NCBI GenBank assembly: GCA_965208805.1
Contig: OZ242355.1
Coordinates: 181,577 to 245,576 of the forward strand
DNA length: 64,000 nucleotides
Direction of reading: 5' to 3'
Source of the DNA: Acidimicrobiales bacterium
Lineage (GTDB): Bacteria > Actinomycetota > Acidimicrobiia > Acidimicrobiales > Bin134
Positions 10,801 to 21,090 of this stretch are shown one piece after another. A model generated the notes under the pieces. That model was not told where the DNA came from. It saw nothing but the letters and a program-made list of their open reading frames with translations, and searched no databases. Position 1 is the stretch's first letter, and each line of letters begins with the position of its first letter. The position numbers and the translations under genes were made by a program.

Positions 10801-10817
10801 ACTCCTCTAGCGGTTGA
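7812..10817 (+). CDS. UPF0182 family membrane protein
   Basis: DYLWFDSLG, DPQFHKDIGFYVF, YTHGYG, NYVRNSVK, HLRYPEDLF motifs; usual neighbour of YlbL in actinobacteria. Confidence 0.93.
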   Translation: MRNPGDVFRPRPPSRPRFSRRSKIIAALILVVLLAAILSLRGTARMWTDYLWFDSLGHGDVWTEILVYRVVLSVIFIAIFFLLLYSNLAIADRLAPQTRPPGPEEELIRHYHDAVGHRRRLVSVVIAVLFALIVGGGTGGEWQKAMLFFNSVPFGIDDPQFHKDIGFYVFELPFIQFLISWFFRALIIVTVLTAIAHYVNGGIRVQTTGQRVTPQVKVHLSVLLALIALVRAVGYHYDRFGLNFSSRGPVDGATFTDINAQLPALRLLMLISVLSAVLLVINIWQRGWVLPVTAVGLWVVVAIVMGAIYPAIIQRFRVEPEESQKEEVYIARNIEATRHALGFDKNPGDDNTADNVTTRTFGDEELGPDTVITAEELADSPSVRNIRLLDPDVVPNAFQVEQSERTFYTFNGEVDVDRYRIGEDVTQVVIGARQLNVADIPQQSWEGRHIQYTHGYGVAIAPVNSVTTQGSPDFVVSDVPWVASADFERNRPQLYIGENLTGYAIVGATISEVDYTRDNVTEPFEYLNEGGEGGVGIGSFFRQAAFALRFGDINPLISGFVDGDSKIIFNRDLRLRVQNLAPFLELDADPYPVVSDGRVFYIVDAYTTSDRYPYGQRPDVSDLSTDSGLRKRFNYVRNSVKVVVDAFHGTTTFYVIDPDDPIIQAWRKIFPGLFEDFDQMPADLQDHLRYPEDLFRVQTSMWARYFINPEDADTFYANSVTWAVAQDPGTRITARTFVDELTEAITAEETATAAATRQLERRIRPFYQLLQLPEEDEPDFVIFRTFVPISGSGDDEDERKELTAFMVAKSDIDEYGELVVYTVPGTSIPGPSIVDAKIQADTEIADAFTQLNQQGSTVLQGNLLMIPVGDSLLFVRPVYVQATGATELPQVKQVIAGIGNDDDFILRIRPTLDEALAALSDPDGLSVQPTQPTVPEPDAGEPAPTAVPSVPEQGPIDDDTRQALSELISELRATQESINEDRQTLDGLIEELESLLDSSSG

Positions 10818-10818
10818 T

Positions 10819-11289
10819 TCAGTCGAGCAGGATGTTGTCGGGGCGGGGCGTGCCCTGTTCTTCCAGCATGAAGTAATAGCCCATCAGCACGGTTTGGCCG
10901 TCGGTGATGCTCTCGATGTTGCCATCGGCGTCCATGTTCAGGTTGGCGCCCCAGATGGCGAAGAACACCTCGGTGGTCTCGGTGTTGTCGTTGGGGGTAT
11001 AGAGAGTGTGGATGGAGCCGGCCGGCTCATAAAGAAACGACCCGGCGCGGTTCAGAAAGTCGCTCTCCTTGTAGCCCCAGGCTCCGGCGCTGGTGTAGGC
11101 GAACACTTGGCCGGTGTGCTTGTGGGTCTGCACCGAGTAGCCCGGTGGGAAGTGGTTCTTGATTACCCACAACCCCTCGCTCTCTTTGATCTGGAGCACC
11201 TTGAGCCCGATGCCGTCTTCGCCGTAGGCCCAGGGGAGGTCGTCCTCTCCGATGTGCTGGGCGGTGGGGGCAATCATCATGTCAAGCAT
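10819..11289 (-). CDS. Cupin, 2,4'-dihydroxyacetophenone dioxygenase family
   Basis: HKHTG, GAWGYKE, YEPAGSIHTL cupin motifs; TAAGAT -10 6 nt before the ATG. Confidence 0.8.
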   Translation of the reverse strand: MLDMMIAPTAQHIGEDDLPWAYGEDGIGLKVLQIKESEGLWVIKNHFPPGYSVQTHKHTGQVFAYTSAGAWGYKESDFLNRAGSFLYEPAGSIHTLYTPNDNTETTEVFFAIWGANLNMDADGNIESITDGQTVLMGYYFMLEEQGTPRPDNILLD

Positions 11290-11324
11290 GGGGAGATCTT
11301 ACGCCGCCGCCGGACGGGTAGGCC

Positions 11325-12023
11325 CTAGTCGATCTCGGTGCGGGTGAGGCGCCAAGAGGTGTAGAGGAGTCCGGCTAGGCCGACGGCCAGTGGAACGATA
11401 TACGACGCCAGCGTGGAGCGGTCGGCCAGCCGCATGCTCACGTCAGTGGCGTCGGAGAGGATGCTCATGGGGTAGCTGCGCACTGACAAGCGGGCGAACC
11501 AGTCACCCAATCGGGACAGAAGCAGCTCCCAGATGGCGATATAGCCCAAGCCGACCAGCAGCGACCGTTTGAATCGAAGCCCGAGAGCCAAGAAAAGCCC
11601 GGAGTAGGCGAACACCGCCAGTGCGGTGGCCACCGCAGTGGCCACCAGCAAGTCTTCGACCCCGGTGATGGTCGCGGCCACGGTCATCACCGCCATCACG
11701 ATGGGACCCACCACACTGAGCACGGCGGCGAAGGCCGCGGTGGCGACGGTGTGGCGAGGAACAGGACGCAGCCACACGTACACCAAGGTGCGGTCTTCCA
11801 CCAGGTTGCCCAGCGCAGCCGAACCCAACGCCAAAGCGATGAACGGGGCAAAGACATTGGTCCCGAAAGTTCCCATGCTCCGGGTGGCCACTTCCACCGG
11901 GTCGTCGGCGGCTCGGGCCACGAAAGCAAGAAGGATGGCCACCCCGCTCAGCCCGGCCAATGCCAGCAACCGGCCGGTGCTGATTTGGCTGCGAATCACG
12001 ACCCGGTAGATGTGGGTGTTCAC
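11325..12023 (-). CDS. ABC-2 type transporter permease
   Basis: About 6 TM segments; EDRTLVYVWLRP motif. Confidence 0.8.
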   Translation of the reverse strand: MNTHIYRVVIRSQISTGRLLALAGLSGVAILLAFVARAADDPVEVATRSMGTFGTNVFAPFIALALGSAALGNLVEDRTLVYVWLRPVPRHTVATAAFAAVLSVVGPIVMAVMTVAATITGVEDLLVATAVATALAVFAYSGLFLALGLRFKRSLLVGLGYIAIWELLLSRLGDWFARLSVRSYPMSILSDATDVSMRLADRSTLASYIVPLAVGLAGLLYTSWRLTRTEID

Positions 12024-12042
12024 AGGTTATCCCGATGCGTTG

Positions 12043-12987
12043 TCACTGGCCCACCAGGTATCGGAAGACGCTCTCCAAGTCGTCGTCGAGCGGGCGTAAT
12101 TCCAGCAGCGATGCATCCTGGTCGCGGGCTGCCGGGGCCACTGCCCGACGGAATGCCGTTGGATCCGAGGTGTCGACAACCACCAAGTTGTTCGCCTCGA
12201 GTCGGCATCCGGAGATCACGCCGCGGTCCAACAGAGCAATGGCTAGCGCTCGGGGCTGATCGGTGCGGATGCTTATGCGCAGCGGCCGGTCGTCCATCAG
12301 GTTGCGGATCTCGCGGAAGTCGCCCTCGGCGGCCAGGCGTCCCTGGGCAATCACCAGCACCCGAGAGCCGAATCGTTCCACCTCGTCGAGCACGTGGCTG
12401 GAAACGATCACGCATTTGCCCTCGGATCCCAGCCGGTGAAAAAGCTGGATCATCTCCCGCCGCTGTCGGGGGTCGAGGCCGGTGAGGGGCTCGTCGAGGG
12501 CGATCACTACGGGATCGTGGACGATGGCCTGGGCCAGCTTGATGCGCTGGCGCATGCCCTTCGAGTAGGTGGACAGCTTTCGGGAATCATCGGGGTCGAG
12601 CTCCACCGTCTGGATGGCCATGCGGGCCGCCTCGGCCGGGTTGGGGACGTGGTGCAGTTGGGCGGCCAGTCCCACAAACTCTCGACCGCTCAGGTAGTCG
12701 AGCAGCGATTCCTGCTGAGGAGCCATGCCGATGCGGCCCAGCACGGTCACGTCGGCACGGGGGTTCTTGCCCAGAACGGTGAGCGATCCGTTGGACGGCT
12801 TGGCCAATCCGCACATCATGCGAAGCAGGGTGGACTTGCCCGCGCCATTGGGTCCCAGTAGGGCGGTAACCCCGGCCCCGATGCTAAAGCTCACGTCGGA
12901 CACCGCCACCAAATCGCCGAACCACTTGGACACGCTGGTGGCCTGCACCATGGGCGGAGGCGCGGCTTGGATTTGGGCCTGGTTCAT
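12043..12987 (-). CDS. ABC transporter ATP-binding protein
   Basis: GPNGAGKST, YSKGMRQR, LDEP; ATG 12987 overlaps the upstream stop (ATGA). Confidence 0.92.
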   Translation of the reverse strand: MNQAQIQAAPPPMVQATSVSKWFGDLVAVSDVSFSIGAGVTALLGPNGAGKSTLLRMMCGLAKPSNGSLTVLGKNPRADVTVLGRIGMAPQQESLLDYLSGREFVGLAAQLHHVPNPAEAARMAIQTVELDPDDSRKLSTYSKGMRQRIKLAQAIVHDPVVIALDEPLTGLDPRQRREMIQLFHRLGSEGKCVIVSSHVLDEVERFGSRVLVIAQGRLAAEGDFREIRNLMDDRPLRISIRTDQPRALAIALLDRGVISGCRLEANNLVVVDTSDPTAFRRAVAPAARDQDASLLELRPLDDDLESVFRYLVGQ

Positions 12988-13856
12988 CCGTTTACCTCGA
13001 CCCGCTGATAGCGCCAGCGGGCGAACGCTCCGAAGGCAACGATGAGACCGATGAGGGTCAGGTATATCGCCCAAGTATCGACGTCGCCGATGGGTGGCCC
13101 CTCGGAGTTGGTCTCTCCGAAGATGCGATAGACAGCCTCCAGGGGCAAGCCGACCAAGTTGAGCAGGGCATACGAGTCGCCGACTTCCGCACCCTCGGAG
13201 AGCCCGTCGCCTACCGCTGAACTGGCCAGCAGACCGACAAAGATGCCCACGCTGGCCAGCGCACGCCGGCTGGTGAGGCTGGACAACGCCAGCGACAGTG
13301 CCGTCCAGAAAGCGGCCAGAGCAGCGCCCGATGCCAAGATCCGGCCCAATTCGGTGAGCCAGCTGGTAACGCCATCTGGTCCCGCGTCGGCCAGGGTGTA
13401 GGCGATCAGCATCAACAGAGGAGGACCTAGGGTCATCGTGGCCAAGACAGCAGCGACGGCCGCGAACTTGGCGATCAGATAAGTGTCCCGATTCAGCGGC
13501 GATGCCAGGTACAGCCCCAGCATGCCGCTTCGCAGATCGGTGCACACCGCTTCCGGGGCGACGAATGCGGTGAACAGAAAGAGGGCACCAGTGATGAACC
13601 CGTAGTAGTCGGCGGGGGAATCCAGACCCAGATCTTCTCCTCGGGGCAGGAAAGCGGCGATTCCGATGAACACAATGGCAGGTATGAACGCGATCAGCAG
13701 AGTGAGTGCGGGGAGAACCTTCTGCCAGTTGGACCGCTTAAGGCCCAGCACCCGCTGCATGGTGTGATAGCTCAAATTCACCATTGCCCGCCGGGTGCTG
13801 TGACGGTCCCCGTCGTAGGCCAAATAGCCGCGGTCGTGGATGCGGGCTTCGGTCAT
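12984..13856 (-). CDS. ABC-2 type transporter permease
   Basis: TM segments; DLRSGMLGLYLASPL motif. Confidence 0.82.
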   Translation of the reverse strand: MTEARIHDRGYLAYDGDRHSTRRAMVNLSYHTMQRVLGLKRSNWQKVLPALTLLIAFIPAIVFIGIAAFLPRGEDLGLDSPADYYGFITGALFLFTAFVAPEAVCTDLRSGMLGLYLASPLNRDTYLIAKFAAVAAVLATMTLGPPLLMLIAYTLADAGPDGVTSWLTELGRILASGAALAAFWTALSLALSSLTSRRALASVGIFVGLLASSAVGDGLSEGAEVGDSYALLNLVGLPLEAVYRIFGETNSEGPPIGDVDTWAIYLTLIGLIVAFGAFARWRYQRVEVNG

Positions 13857-14758
13857 TGGGAGGCCTCGATGAACACGTCTTCGAGCGTGGTGCGACGGGG
13901 CTCAAGCCGCCGCAGCCCCAGCCCCAGATCGGCTACCAGATCTCGAATCAGGTCGGCCGCGGCATCGACACCGGTCACCGTGAGGGTGTGGCCGTCGACG
14001 GCTGCCTCCGCGCCCCGAGCGGCCAGTGCTGCGGCCAGCGGTTGGGGATCGGAGTCGAGCTCTACCCGCATTCCCGCGGTGGCCGAACCCAGGTCTTGCA
14101 GGGTGCCGCTGTGGCCCACCACGCCATTGGCCAAGATCACCACCGAGTCGCACACCCGCTCCACCTCCTCCAACAGGTGCGACGACAGCAGGATGTCGAT
14201 GCCGAATTCGCTGCCCACCCGGCGAATGAGGGCCAGCATGTCGTCGCGCTGCACCGGGTCGAGGCCGTCGGTGGGCTCGTCGAGCAGCAGAAGGTCGGGG
14301 TCGTGGGCCAGGGCTTGGGCCATCTTCACCCGCTGGCGCTGGCCGGTGGACATGGTGCCGACGGGGCGGAACCGCTCCTCGCCCAAGCCCACCTGCCACA
14401 GCGCGTCGCTGGCCCGCTCGGTGGCGGCCCGTCGGGGCAGGCCGTGGAGCTGGGCAATGTGGCGCACCAGATCGGCGGCCTGCACGTCGCCAGGCAAGTC
14501 GTGGTGCTCGGGGGCGTAGCCCAGCCGCCCCCGCAGCTCAGGCCCGCTTTGGTCGGGATCCACCCCCAGCACGTTGAGGGTGCCGCCCTGGCGGGGACGC
14601 AGCCCCAGAATCAGCCCCATGAAGGTGCTCTTGCCAGCGCCATTGGGTCCCAACAGCCCGGTGATGCCCCGCCCTACGTCGCAATCCAAGCCTTGGAGCA
14701 CGTGATTCGACCCGTAGCTCTTCTGCACTCCTCGAGCGGAGATCACGATGTCGGACAC
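13853..14758 (-). CDS. ABC transporter ATP-binding protein
   Basis: GPNGAGKST, MSTGQRQR, LLDEPTDGLDP; GTG at 14758 is the likely start. Confidence 0.92.
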   Translation of the reverse strand: MSDIVISARGVQKSYGSNHVLQGLDCDVGRGITGLLGPNGAGKSTFMGLILGLRPRQGGTLNVLGVDPDQSGPELRGRLGYAPEHHDLPGDVQAADLVRHIAQLHGLPRRAATERASDALWQVGLGEERFRPVGTMSTGQRQRVKMAQALAHDPDLLLLDEPTDGLDPVQRDDMLALIRRVGSEFGIDILLSSHLLEEVERVCDSVVILANGVVGHSGTLQDLGSATAGMRVELDSDPQPLAAALAARGAEAAVDGHTLTVTGVDAAADLIRDLVADLGLGLRRLEPRRTTLEDVFIEASQ

Positions 14759-14769
14759 TGGGCGAAACC

Positions 14770-16854
14770 CTATCTGTGCTCTGACCCCATCAGGTCGTCG
14801 GGGGTGGGGAAGTGGCAGGCCACCGGATGTCCAACCCCCAAGTCCAACAACTCGGGGTCGTACTCGGCGCAAATCGATTGCGCCTTCCAGCACCGGGTGC
14901 GGAATCGACAGCCCGACGGAGGGTCTGCCGGATTGGGCACATCACCCTCGAGCACTATTCGCCGCCGCTTGCGCTCTCGGGGTGGGTCGGGGACGGGTAC
15001 GGCCGACAGCAGCGCCTGGGTGTAGGGGTGGGCGGGAAGTTCGTACACCTGCTGCGCGGTGCCGACCTCGACAATCCGTCCCAAGTACATGACCGCGACC
15101 CGATCAGAAATGTGGTGGACCACCGACAAGTCATGGGCCACGAACAGATAGGTGAGGTCCAGCTTCTCTTGAAGGTCTTCCAGCAGATTCAGGACCCCGG
15201 CCTGCACGCTCACGTCCAGGGCCGATACCGGCTCGTCCAGAATCAACAAATCGGGGGATAGGGCCAGGGCCCGAGCAATGCCTATGCGCTGGCGCTGGCC
15301 CCCGGAGAATTCGTGGGGATAGCGATTTCCGTGTTCGGGGTTTAGGCCCACCAGTTCCAAGAGTTCTGCTACCCGATCGCGGATGTCGTCGTCCGTGCGG
15401 TGAATTCGAAGCGGTTCGGAAATGATCGACGACACCGTCATCCGGGGGTCCAGAGAGGCCATTGGATCTTGGAAGACGATCTGCATGGCCCGGCGACGGT
15501 TTCGCATCTGCCGCCGGTCCAAAGAGGCCAACTCCACACCGTCGAAAATCACCGATCCCGATGTGGGCTCTGTGAGCCGGAGGATGCAGCGGGCCACGGT
15601 GGACTTTCCCGAGCCGGACTCTCCTACCAGCCCCAATGTCTCTCCTTTGTCGATGTGCAGCGACACTCCGTTGACGGCTTGGACCGTGCCCACCACCTTT
15701 CGTCGGAGGCCCTTGGCCCGAATAGGGAAGTCCTTGAACAGCTCCCTCACCTGCAATAGGGCGTTGTCAGCCGGCGTGTATTGGGGATGCCGGGGGAATG
15801 CTCGGTCAAGAGGCTCGAGGTGAATCTCCACCGCAGTCGCAGACTCGGCCCGCGCCTGAAATTCATTGGTGCGGATGCAGGCCGAGGACTGTCCGTGCTC
15901 GCCAACCGCCTTCAGATCGGGCACATCTTGGGTGCAGGTATCGGTAGACCAGTCGCAGCGGGGAGCGAATGCGCAACCCGGCGGCGGGGCCAGCATCGAT
16001 GGCGTGGTGCCGTCGATGGGGGTGAGCCGCCGGTTCACCGCCGAGTCCAGTCGGGGAATCGAGGCCAACAGCCCGGCGGTGTAGGGGTGGGTTGGTCGGC
16101 TGAACACCGGGTCCACCGGGCCGGTCTCGGCCAGCCGCCCGGCGTACATGACCGCTAAGCGGTGGGCGGTTCTGGCCACGATGCCGAGGTCATGGGTGAT
16201 GATGACCAGGGCCGAGCCTGTGGCCTGGCGGGCCCGCTCTAGCACTTCCAGCACTTGGGCCTGGATGGTGACGTCGAGAGCGGTAGTGGGCTCATCCGCG
16301 ATCAACAGATCGGGATCGTTGGCGATGGCCATGGCGATCATGGCCCGCTGGCGCATCCCTCCCGACAGCTCGTGGGGATAGGAGTCCACCCGCTGGGCGG
16401 CATTGGGGATACCCACCAGATCGAGCAGCTCGACTGCCTTCGACCGGGCGATGCCCGCCTTTGTCCGCTGGTGGATGCGGACCCCTTCGGCGATTTGGGT
16501 CCCGACGGCCATAACCGGGTTCAGCGAGGTCATCGGATCTTGGAACACCATGGAAATGGCCGAACCCCGAAGGCGCTCGAGTTCCCTGTCAGTCATGGCC
16601 AGCACGTCGCGCCCCCGGTAGGAAACCGATCCGCTCACCTGGGCGTTGGGCGGCAGCAGGCCCAATGCCGCCATCACGCTCACCGACTTGCCCGAGCCTG
16701 ACTCGCCCCCGATGGCCAGCACTTCGTTCTCAAAGACGTCCCAGCTCACCCCCCGAACCGCCTGCACGTCTCCGTCGGGAGTGGGGAATGTCACCTCCAG
16801 GTTCCGCACCGACAGCACCGGCACGTCGCTCCCTGATGTGGCCTGGTCGGTCAT
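14770..16854 (-). CDS. Peptide/nickel ABC transporter, fused double ATPase (OppD/OppF-like)
   Basis: Two GESGSGKS Walker A motifs, YPHELSGG and YPHEFSGG, two Cys-rich oligo_HPY tails; ATG 16854 overlaps the upstream stop. Confidence 0.93.
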   Translation of the reverse strand: MTDQATSGSDVPVLSVRNLEVTFPTPDGDVQAVRGVSWDVFENEVLAIGGESGSGKSVSVMAALGLLPPNAQVSGSVSYRGRDVLAMTDRELERLRGSAISMVFQDPMTSLNPVMAVGTQIAEGVRIHQRTKAGIARSKAVELLDLVGIPNAAQRVDSYPHELSGGMRQRAMIAMAIANDPDLLIADEPTTALDVTIQAQVLEVLERARQATGSALVIITHDLGIVARTAHRLAVMYAGRLAETGPVDPVFSRPTHPYTAGLLASIPRLDSAVNRRLTPIDGTTPSMLAPPPGCAFAPRCDWSTDTCTQDVPDLKAVGEHGQSSACIRTNEFQARAESATAVEIHLEPLDRAFPRHPQYTPADNALLQVRELFKDFPIRAKGLRRKVVGTVQAVNGVSLHIDKGETLGLVGESGSGKSTVARCILRLTEPTSGSVIFDGVELASLDRRQMRNRRRAMQIVFQDPMASLDPRMTVSSIISEPLRIHRTDDDIRDRVAELLELVGLNPEHGNRYPHEFSGGQRQRIGIARALALSPDLLILDEPVSALDVSVQAGVLNLLEDLQEKLDLTYLFVAHDLSVVHHISDRVAVMYLGRIVEVGTAQQVYELPAHPYTQALLSAVPVPDPPRERKRRRIVLEGDVPNPADPPSGCRFRTRCWKAQSICAEYDPELLDLGVGHPVACHFPTPDDLMGSEHR

Positions 16855-17759
16855 CGTCGCTGCTCCCGGCGGGGATCGAGGGCGTCGCGCAAGCCGTCGC
16901 CCACGAAGTTCACGCACAGCACCAGCAGAACCAGCACCGCCCCTGGCAGATAGAACAGCCACCACCGGGTGCGGGCGGCGTCGCGGCCCTCGTCCACCAG
17001 CGATCCCAGCGACACTTCGGGGGGTTGGATGCCGAAGCCCAAGAAGGCCAGCGCGGTCTCCAACAGGATGGCGGTGGCCACGGTGAGGGTGGCGTACACG
17101 ATGATCGAGCTCATGGCATTGGGGATGAGGTGGCGGAAGATGATGCGGGTGTTCGACGCTCCCAGCGCCCCGGCCGCTTCGATGTACTCCTTCTCCCGAA
17201 TGGAGAACACCTCGCCCCGCACCACACGGGCCAACGGCGCCCACAGGAACAGGCCGATCACCACGGCCACGAACATGAGGGAGCTGCCCCCGCTGGCCCG
17301 AGTGCGGGTGCCCAGCACCATCAGCACCGGCAGCAGGGGAAGGATGAGCAGAAAGTCGACCAATAGCCCCAGGGCGCCATCCACCCGGCCCCGGAACCAC
17401 CCTTGCACCGCGCCCAGCACCGATCCCAGCACGGTGGCGATGCCGGCCACCACCAGGCTGACGTGGACCGACACCCGCAATCCCCGCATCGACTGGGCAA
17501 ACATGTCGTGGCCGATGGTGTCGGTGCCAAACCAGTGGTCGCCCGACGGCCCCTGCGACAGATCGGGGGACAAGTCTTTGTAGCCCCAGCCGGTGAGCGG
17601 CTCGGCCAGGTAGCTGAACAAGTAGGCCACCACCAGCACGACGCCCGCGGCTACTGCCAATCGGTGGGCGAGGAAGCGGCGAAGCACCAGCCGCCACTGC
17701 GACCGGACCTCCGTCTCGGCCGGGGTGTCCGCGAACACGTTGGCCGGGATGTCAGCCAT
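16851..17759 (-). CDS. Peptide ABC transporter permease (OppC/DppC-like)
   Basis: [21 protein letters not shown] loop, [14 protein letters not shown]. Confidence 0.93.
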   Translation of the reverse strand: MADIPANVFADTPAETEVRSQWRLVLRRFLAHRLAVAAGVVLVVAYLFSYLAEPLTGWGYKDLSPDLSQGPSGDHWFGTDTIGHDMFAQSMRGLRVSVHVSLVVAGIATVLGSVLGAVQGWFRGRVDGALGLLVDFLLILPLLPVLMVLGTRTRASGGSSLMFVAVVIGLFLWAPLARVVRGEVFSIREKEYIEAAGALGASNTRIIFRHLIPNAMSSIIVYATLTVATAILLETALAFLGFGIQPPEVSLGSLVDEGRDAARTRWWLFYLPGAVLVLLVLCVNFVGDGLRDALDPRREQRR

Positions 17760-18735
17760 CTCGCACCCTCGGATCCAGAAGGCCATAAGTCAGATCGGTC
17801 AGCAGATTGACGATGATCACCGAGATCCCCACCGCCAACAGCCACCCTTGAGTAACGGCCACATCGCCGTTGAGCAGGGACTCCAAGAACAGCCGGCCCA
17901 TGCCCTTCCAGTTGAACACCACCTCGGTGACCACCGTGCCGCCGATCAGCGTTCCGAACGTGAGCCCGGTGTAGCTCACCACCGGGAGCAGGGCGTTGCG
18001 CAGGGCGTGGTGGGTGATGACCCGGTGCCGGGGCACTCCTTTGGCTCGGGCGGTTCGGATGTAGTCGCTCTCCAGCACATCGAGCATGGCCGAGCGCTGG
18101 AACCGGCTGGTGGCGGCCAGTTGGATCGCGATCAGGGTGAGGGCGGGAAGGATGATGTGGCCGGCCCGGTCGGCCCATGTCCCCCAGAAGTCGGCATCAA
18201 GCCGGGGCGACTGCTCGCCGATGGTGAAGAAGATCCGGCGACCCCACCAGTCGTTGAACCGGATGCCTAAGTCTTTGAGCAACGCTCCGAGCCAGAAAAC
18301 GGGCATGGCGAAGAACAGGAAGGCGAAGAAGGTGGAGATGTTGTCGAACTTCCCGTACTGGCGCATCGCGCTCACCACCCCAACCGCCACGCCCAGGATC
18401 ACCGATACGACGGTGGCGGCGATGACCAATCGCAAGGTGACCGGTATGGCCTCGCCCAGCAAGGTGGTGACCGCCCGGCCGTTGTCGGTGGACGTGCCCA
18501 TTTCCCCGGTGAACATGTCGCCCAGCCAGCTTCCGTAGCGCTCCATAAGGGGCTTGTCGAGGCCCAGGCTGGCTTCCAGCCGTTGGACCTGTTCGGCGCC
18601 GCCAGGTTGGGAGAGTAGGAAAACCCGTTGCTCGGCGATGGGATCAACAGTGGCCACCAGCAGGAAGGCCACCAGGGTTGCGAAGAATAGGACGACGACG
18701 GATATGAGCAGCTTGCGTGTCGCGTACCCGAGCAC
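17752..18735 (-). CDS. Peptide ABC transporter permease (OppB/DppB-like)
   Basis: DYIRTARAKG, HALRNALLP, DLTYGLLDPR. Confidence 0.93.
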   Translation of the reverse strand: MLGYATRKLLISVVVLFFATLVAFLLVATVDPIAEQRVFLLSQPGGAEQVQRLEASLGLDKPLMERYGSWLGDMFTGEMGTSTDNGRAVTTLLGEAIPVTLRLVIAATVVSVILGVAVGVVSAMRQYGKFDNISTFFAFLFFAMPVFWLGALLKDLGIRFNDWWGRRIFFTIGEQSPRLDADFWGTWADRAGHIILPALTLIAIQLAATSRFQRSAMLDVLESDYIRTARAKGVPRHRVITHHALRNALLPVVSYTGLTFGTLIGGTVVTEVVFNWKGMGRLFLESLLNGDVAVTQGWLLAVGISVIIVNLLTDLTYGLLDPRVRDG

Positions 18736-18746
18736 CAGTAGGAAAG

Positions 18747-20468
18747 CTAGTTAACGAGCGCCCACTCCTCCAGATTCCAGGTGAAGCTTTCCAAGGTGGG
18801 GTTGTCTTGGATGTTTTGGAGGTTGTCGTTCCAAGCCAAGAAGAAGGGGAGTTGGTACACGGGCGTGTTGGGGAGGGTTTCCCACATGAGGGCGTCGGCC
18901 TGATTGAGCAGGTCGGCTTGGCGGTCGGCGTCGAGGGTGAAGGTGGCCTCCACCAGCAGTTCGTTGACCTGATCGTCCACGTAGGCGCCGGGGTTGCTGT
19001 CGCTGCCGGTGCCGAACACCTGAAGAGCCGATGTGGCCGGCAGCGGTCCGCCCACCCAGGCGAAGATCACCAGATCGAAGTCTCCGGGGGGGCCGGGCGG
19101 GTCGTTGGTTGAGCCGAACACCGGGCCGAAGATCTCGCCTCCGGGCAGGTTGTCGATGGTGATTCTGATTCCGGCTTCAGCCAGCTGGTTCTGCACCAGT
19201 TGTTGGAACTGCTCCCGGCGGTCATTGCCTCCGGTGGTGCGGATGCGCAGGCTCAGCTGCCGTCCGTCTTTGGCGTATACGTCGCCGTCGAGGTCCCAGC
19301 CGGCGGCTTCCAGAACGGCGCGGGCCGCGGCCACATCCCGCTGTTGGAACTCAGCCGGAGTGTTGTCTTGATACTGGGCTTGGCCGTTCATGTAGATCCG
19401 GTTGCCCAGCGGTTGAGCCGACTCCGAGAACGGCCGCATGAGCGCGGTCACGATCAGCTCTCGATCGAGCGCCAATGCGATGGCCTGGCGCGCCTCCAAA
19501 GGAACGGTGGCAGTGTTGAACGTGATGTGCTCCCAGGTGGGGCCGAAGGTGATAGAGGATTCCACTCCGCTTATTCCGTTGATCTGTTGCACTAAGTCCA
19601 CTTGGGGTTGCGGATAGATCACGTCTACTTCGCCGTTTTCCAGCGCGAGGGGCAGGTTGCCCACATCGCTGATGAACCGGAAGGTGACCTCGTCGATATG
19701 GGGACCTTCGCCGAACCAGGTGGGGTTGGCCACCAGTGTCAGATCGCTGCCCGGGTTGTACTCGTCCACCACATAGGGACCGGCGCCCACACCTGGATCG
19801 GTGCGGAAGCCGTCGCTCCAGTCCCGGCCCAGGTGGGCGGGCGGGAACGGTCCGGAGAACAGCAGGATGTATTCCACGAAGGGCTGGCCCTCGGGCCAAC
19901 TCAGACGGACGGCCTTGTCGTCCACCACCTCCAAGGTTGCGCTGTCGAAGCCCTGAGTGGCAGCGCAGTCATCTTGGGGGTCGTTGCAGTTCTCGAAATA
20001 AAACACCATGTCGTCGGAGCTCACCGGGGTTCCGTCGCTCCACATGGCGTCAGCTCGCAGCCGGTACTCCACCACCAGGGGGTCCTCTTGGATGATGGTG
20101 GGTAGGGTTTCGCAGAAGTACGGCTCGAAGGAGAAATCGGGGCGGGTCCGCGTGCAGGTGGGGTAGATGGCCCGGGTGATTTGGCGACCGGCCAGGAGGT
20201 TGTCGCCGGCAGTCAAGTTGTTGAAGTTGGTGATCTCCTGCTCCAGACCGACGACCACGCTGGTGGGCTGCTCTTCTTCCGGGCTGGGGTCTTCGGCTTG
20301 TGTCGGGGCCGCGGCAGGCACTTCATCTGTGGCCGGGGCCGCTGTGGGCCCTGAGGCATCCGGTGGAGGCGAGTCGTCGTCGTTGCCACAGGCAGCGGCT
20401 AGCAGGACTAGTGCCAGCAGGGCCGCGACCACTCGCGAATATCGATCGATTTTCGTGTGCTTTGTCAT
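18747..20468 (-). CDS. Family 5 ABC substrate-binding lipoprotein
   Basis: Lipobox LAAAC, WSDGTPVSSDD, GAGPY, WEHITFN; ATG at 20468. Confidence 0.9.
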   Translation of the reverse strand: MTKHTKIDRYSRVVAALLALVLLAAACGNDDDSPPPDASGPTAAPATDEVPAAAPTQAEDPSPEEEQPTSVVVGLEQEITNFNNLTAGDNLLAGRQITRAIYPTCTRTRPDFSFEPYFCETLPTIIQEDPLVVEYRLRADAMWSDGTPVSSDDMVFYFENCNDPQDDCAATQGFDSATLEVVDDKAVRLSWPEGQPFVEYILLFSGPFPPAHLGRDWSDGFRTDPGVGAGPYVVDEYNPGSDLTLVANPTWFGEGPHIDEVTFRFISDVGNLPLALENGEVDVIYPQPQVDLVQQINGISGVESSITFGPTWEHITFNTATVPLEARQAIALALDRELIVTALMRPFSESAQPLGNRIYMNGQAQYQDNTPAEFQQRDVAAARAVLEAAGWDLDGDVYAKDGRQLSLRIRTTGGNDRREQFQQLVQNQLAEAGIRITIDNLPGGEIFGPVFGSTNDPPGPPGDFDLVIFAWVGGPLPATSALQVFGTGSDSNPGAYVDDQVNELLVEATFTLDADRQADLLNQADALMWETLPNTPVYQLPFFLAWNDNLQNIQDNPTLESFTWNLEEWALVN

Positions 20469-20498
20469 AGCAAGGTCAATTATGGCTGGCCTGATAGC

Positions 20499-20671
20499 CC
20501 CAGGGGCAAAGAACCCCGTTCGCGGAATGTCGCTAGGGTGGTCACGCCCTGGCCCTCGATGGTCGCCAGGGGCAAAGAACCCCGTTCGCGGAATGTCGCT
20601 AGGGTGGTCACGCCCTGGCCCTCGATGGTCGCCGGGGGCAAAGAACCCCGTTCGCGGAATGTCGCTAGGGT
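20499..20671. repeat. 66-bp tandem repeat (about 2.6 copies) in a divergent promoter region
   Basis: gaaccccgttcgcggaatgtcgctagggt starts at 20511, 20577 and 20643; each copy carries a TAGGGT -10-like hexamer. Confidence 0.95.
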
Positions 20672-20747
20672 CGATAGCATGGGAGCGAAGGGAACATATC
20701 CGGGTGTCCGGCGGTTGTAACCTCAACCGGTAGCGAAGGAGAGAGCA

Positions 20748-21014
20748 GTGACATTGGAAACCGTCCGCAACCCAGCGGCCCTTATCGAGATCACCGAGTT
20801 GGTGGATCGGTTGCTGGACGCCATCGATGGAGAGCTCACCAGTCGCTCCCGGGTGGTGGACGGACTGTTGGACCTGCGCCTTGCCGCTGCTGATCTTCCC
20901 GAAGTGGTCGCCCAAGTCGATGATTGCCTAGCCACGCTTCCCGGCAACACCACGGTGACCAACCTGTGGTGGATGGAGACATTGGCCGACCTCCGCAGCG
21001 CTGCTTCTAACTGA
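20748..21014 (+). CDS. Small helical hypothetical protein
   Basis: AAGGAG RBS upstream of GTG; protein-like amphipathic composition. Confidence 0.65.
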   Translation: MTLETVRNPAALIEITELVDRLLDAIDGELTSRSRVVDGLLDLRLAAADLPEVVAQVDDCLATLPGNTTVTNLWWMETLADLRSAASN

Positions 21015-21090
21015 TCCCCTGATTGGCGGCAGCTCGGCTGCACCGGAGATATAGGAGGGATACGCTCGCGGGGCAGCAGGAGGTGGCGAG

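Noticed and set aside
20499-20671. CRISPR array or repeat peptide (HPSDIPRTGFFAPG) at the N-terminus of the 722-aa ORF
   Set aside because: Inter-repeat segments are identical, so there are no spacers; the lipoprotein signal places the real start at 20468
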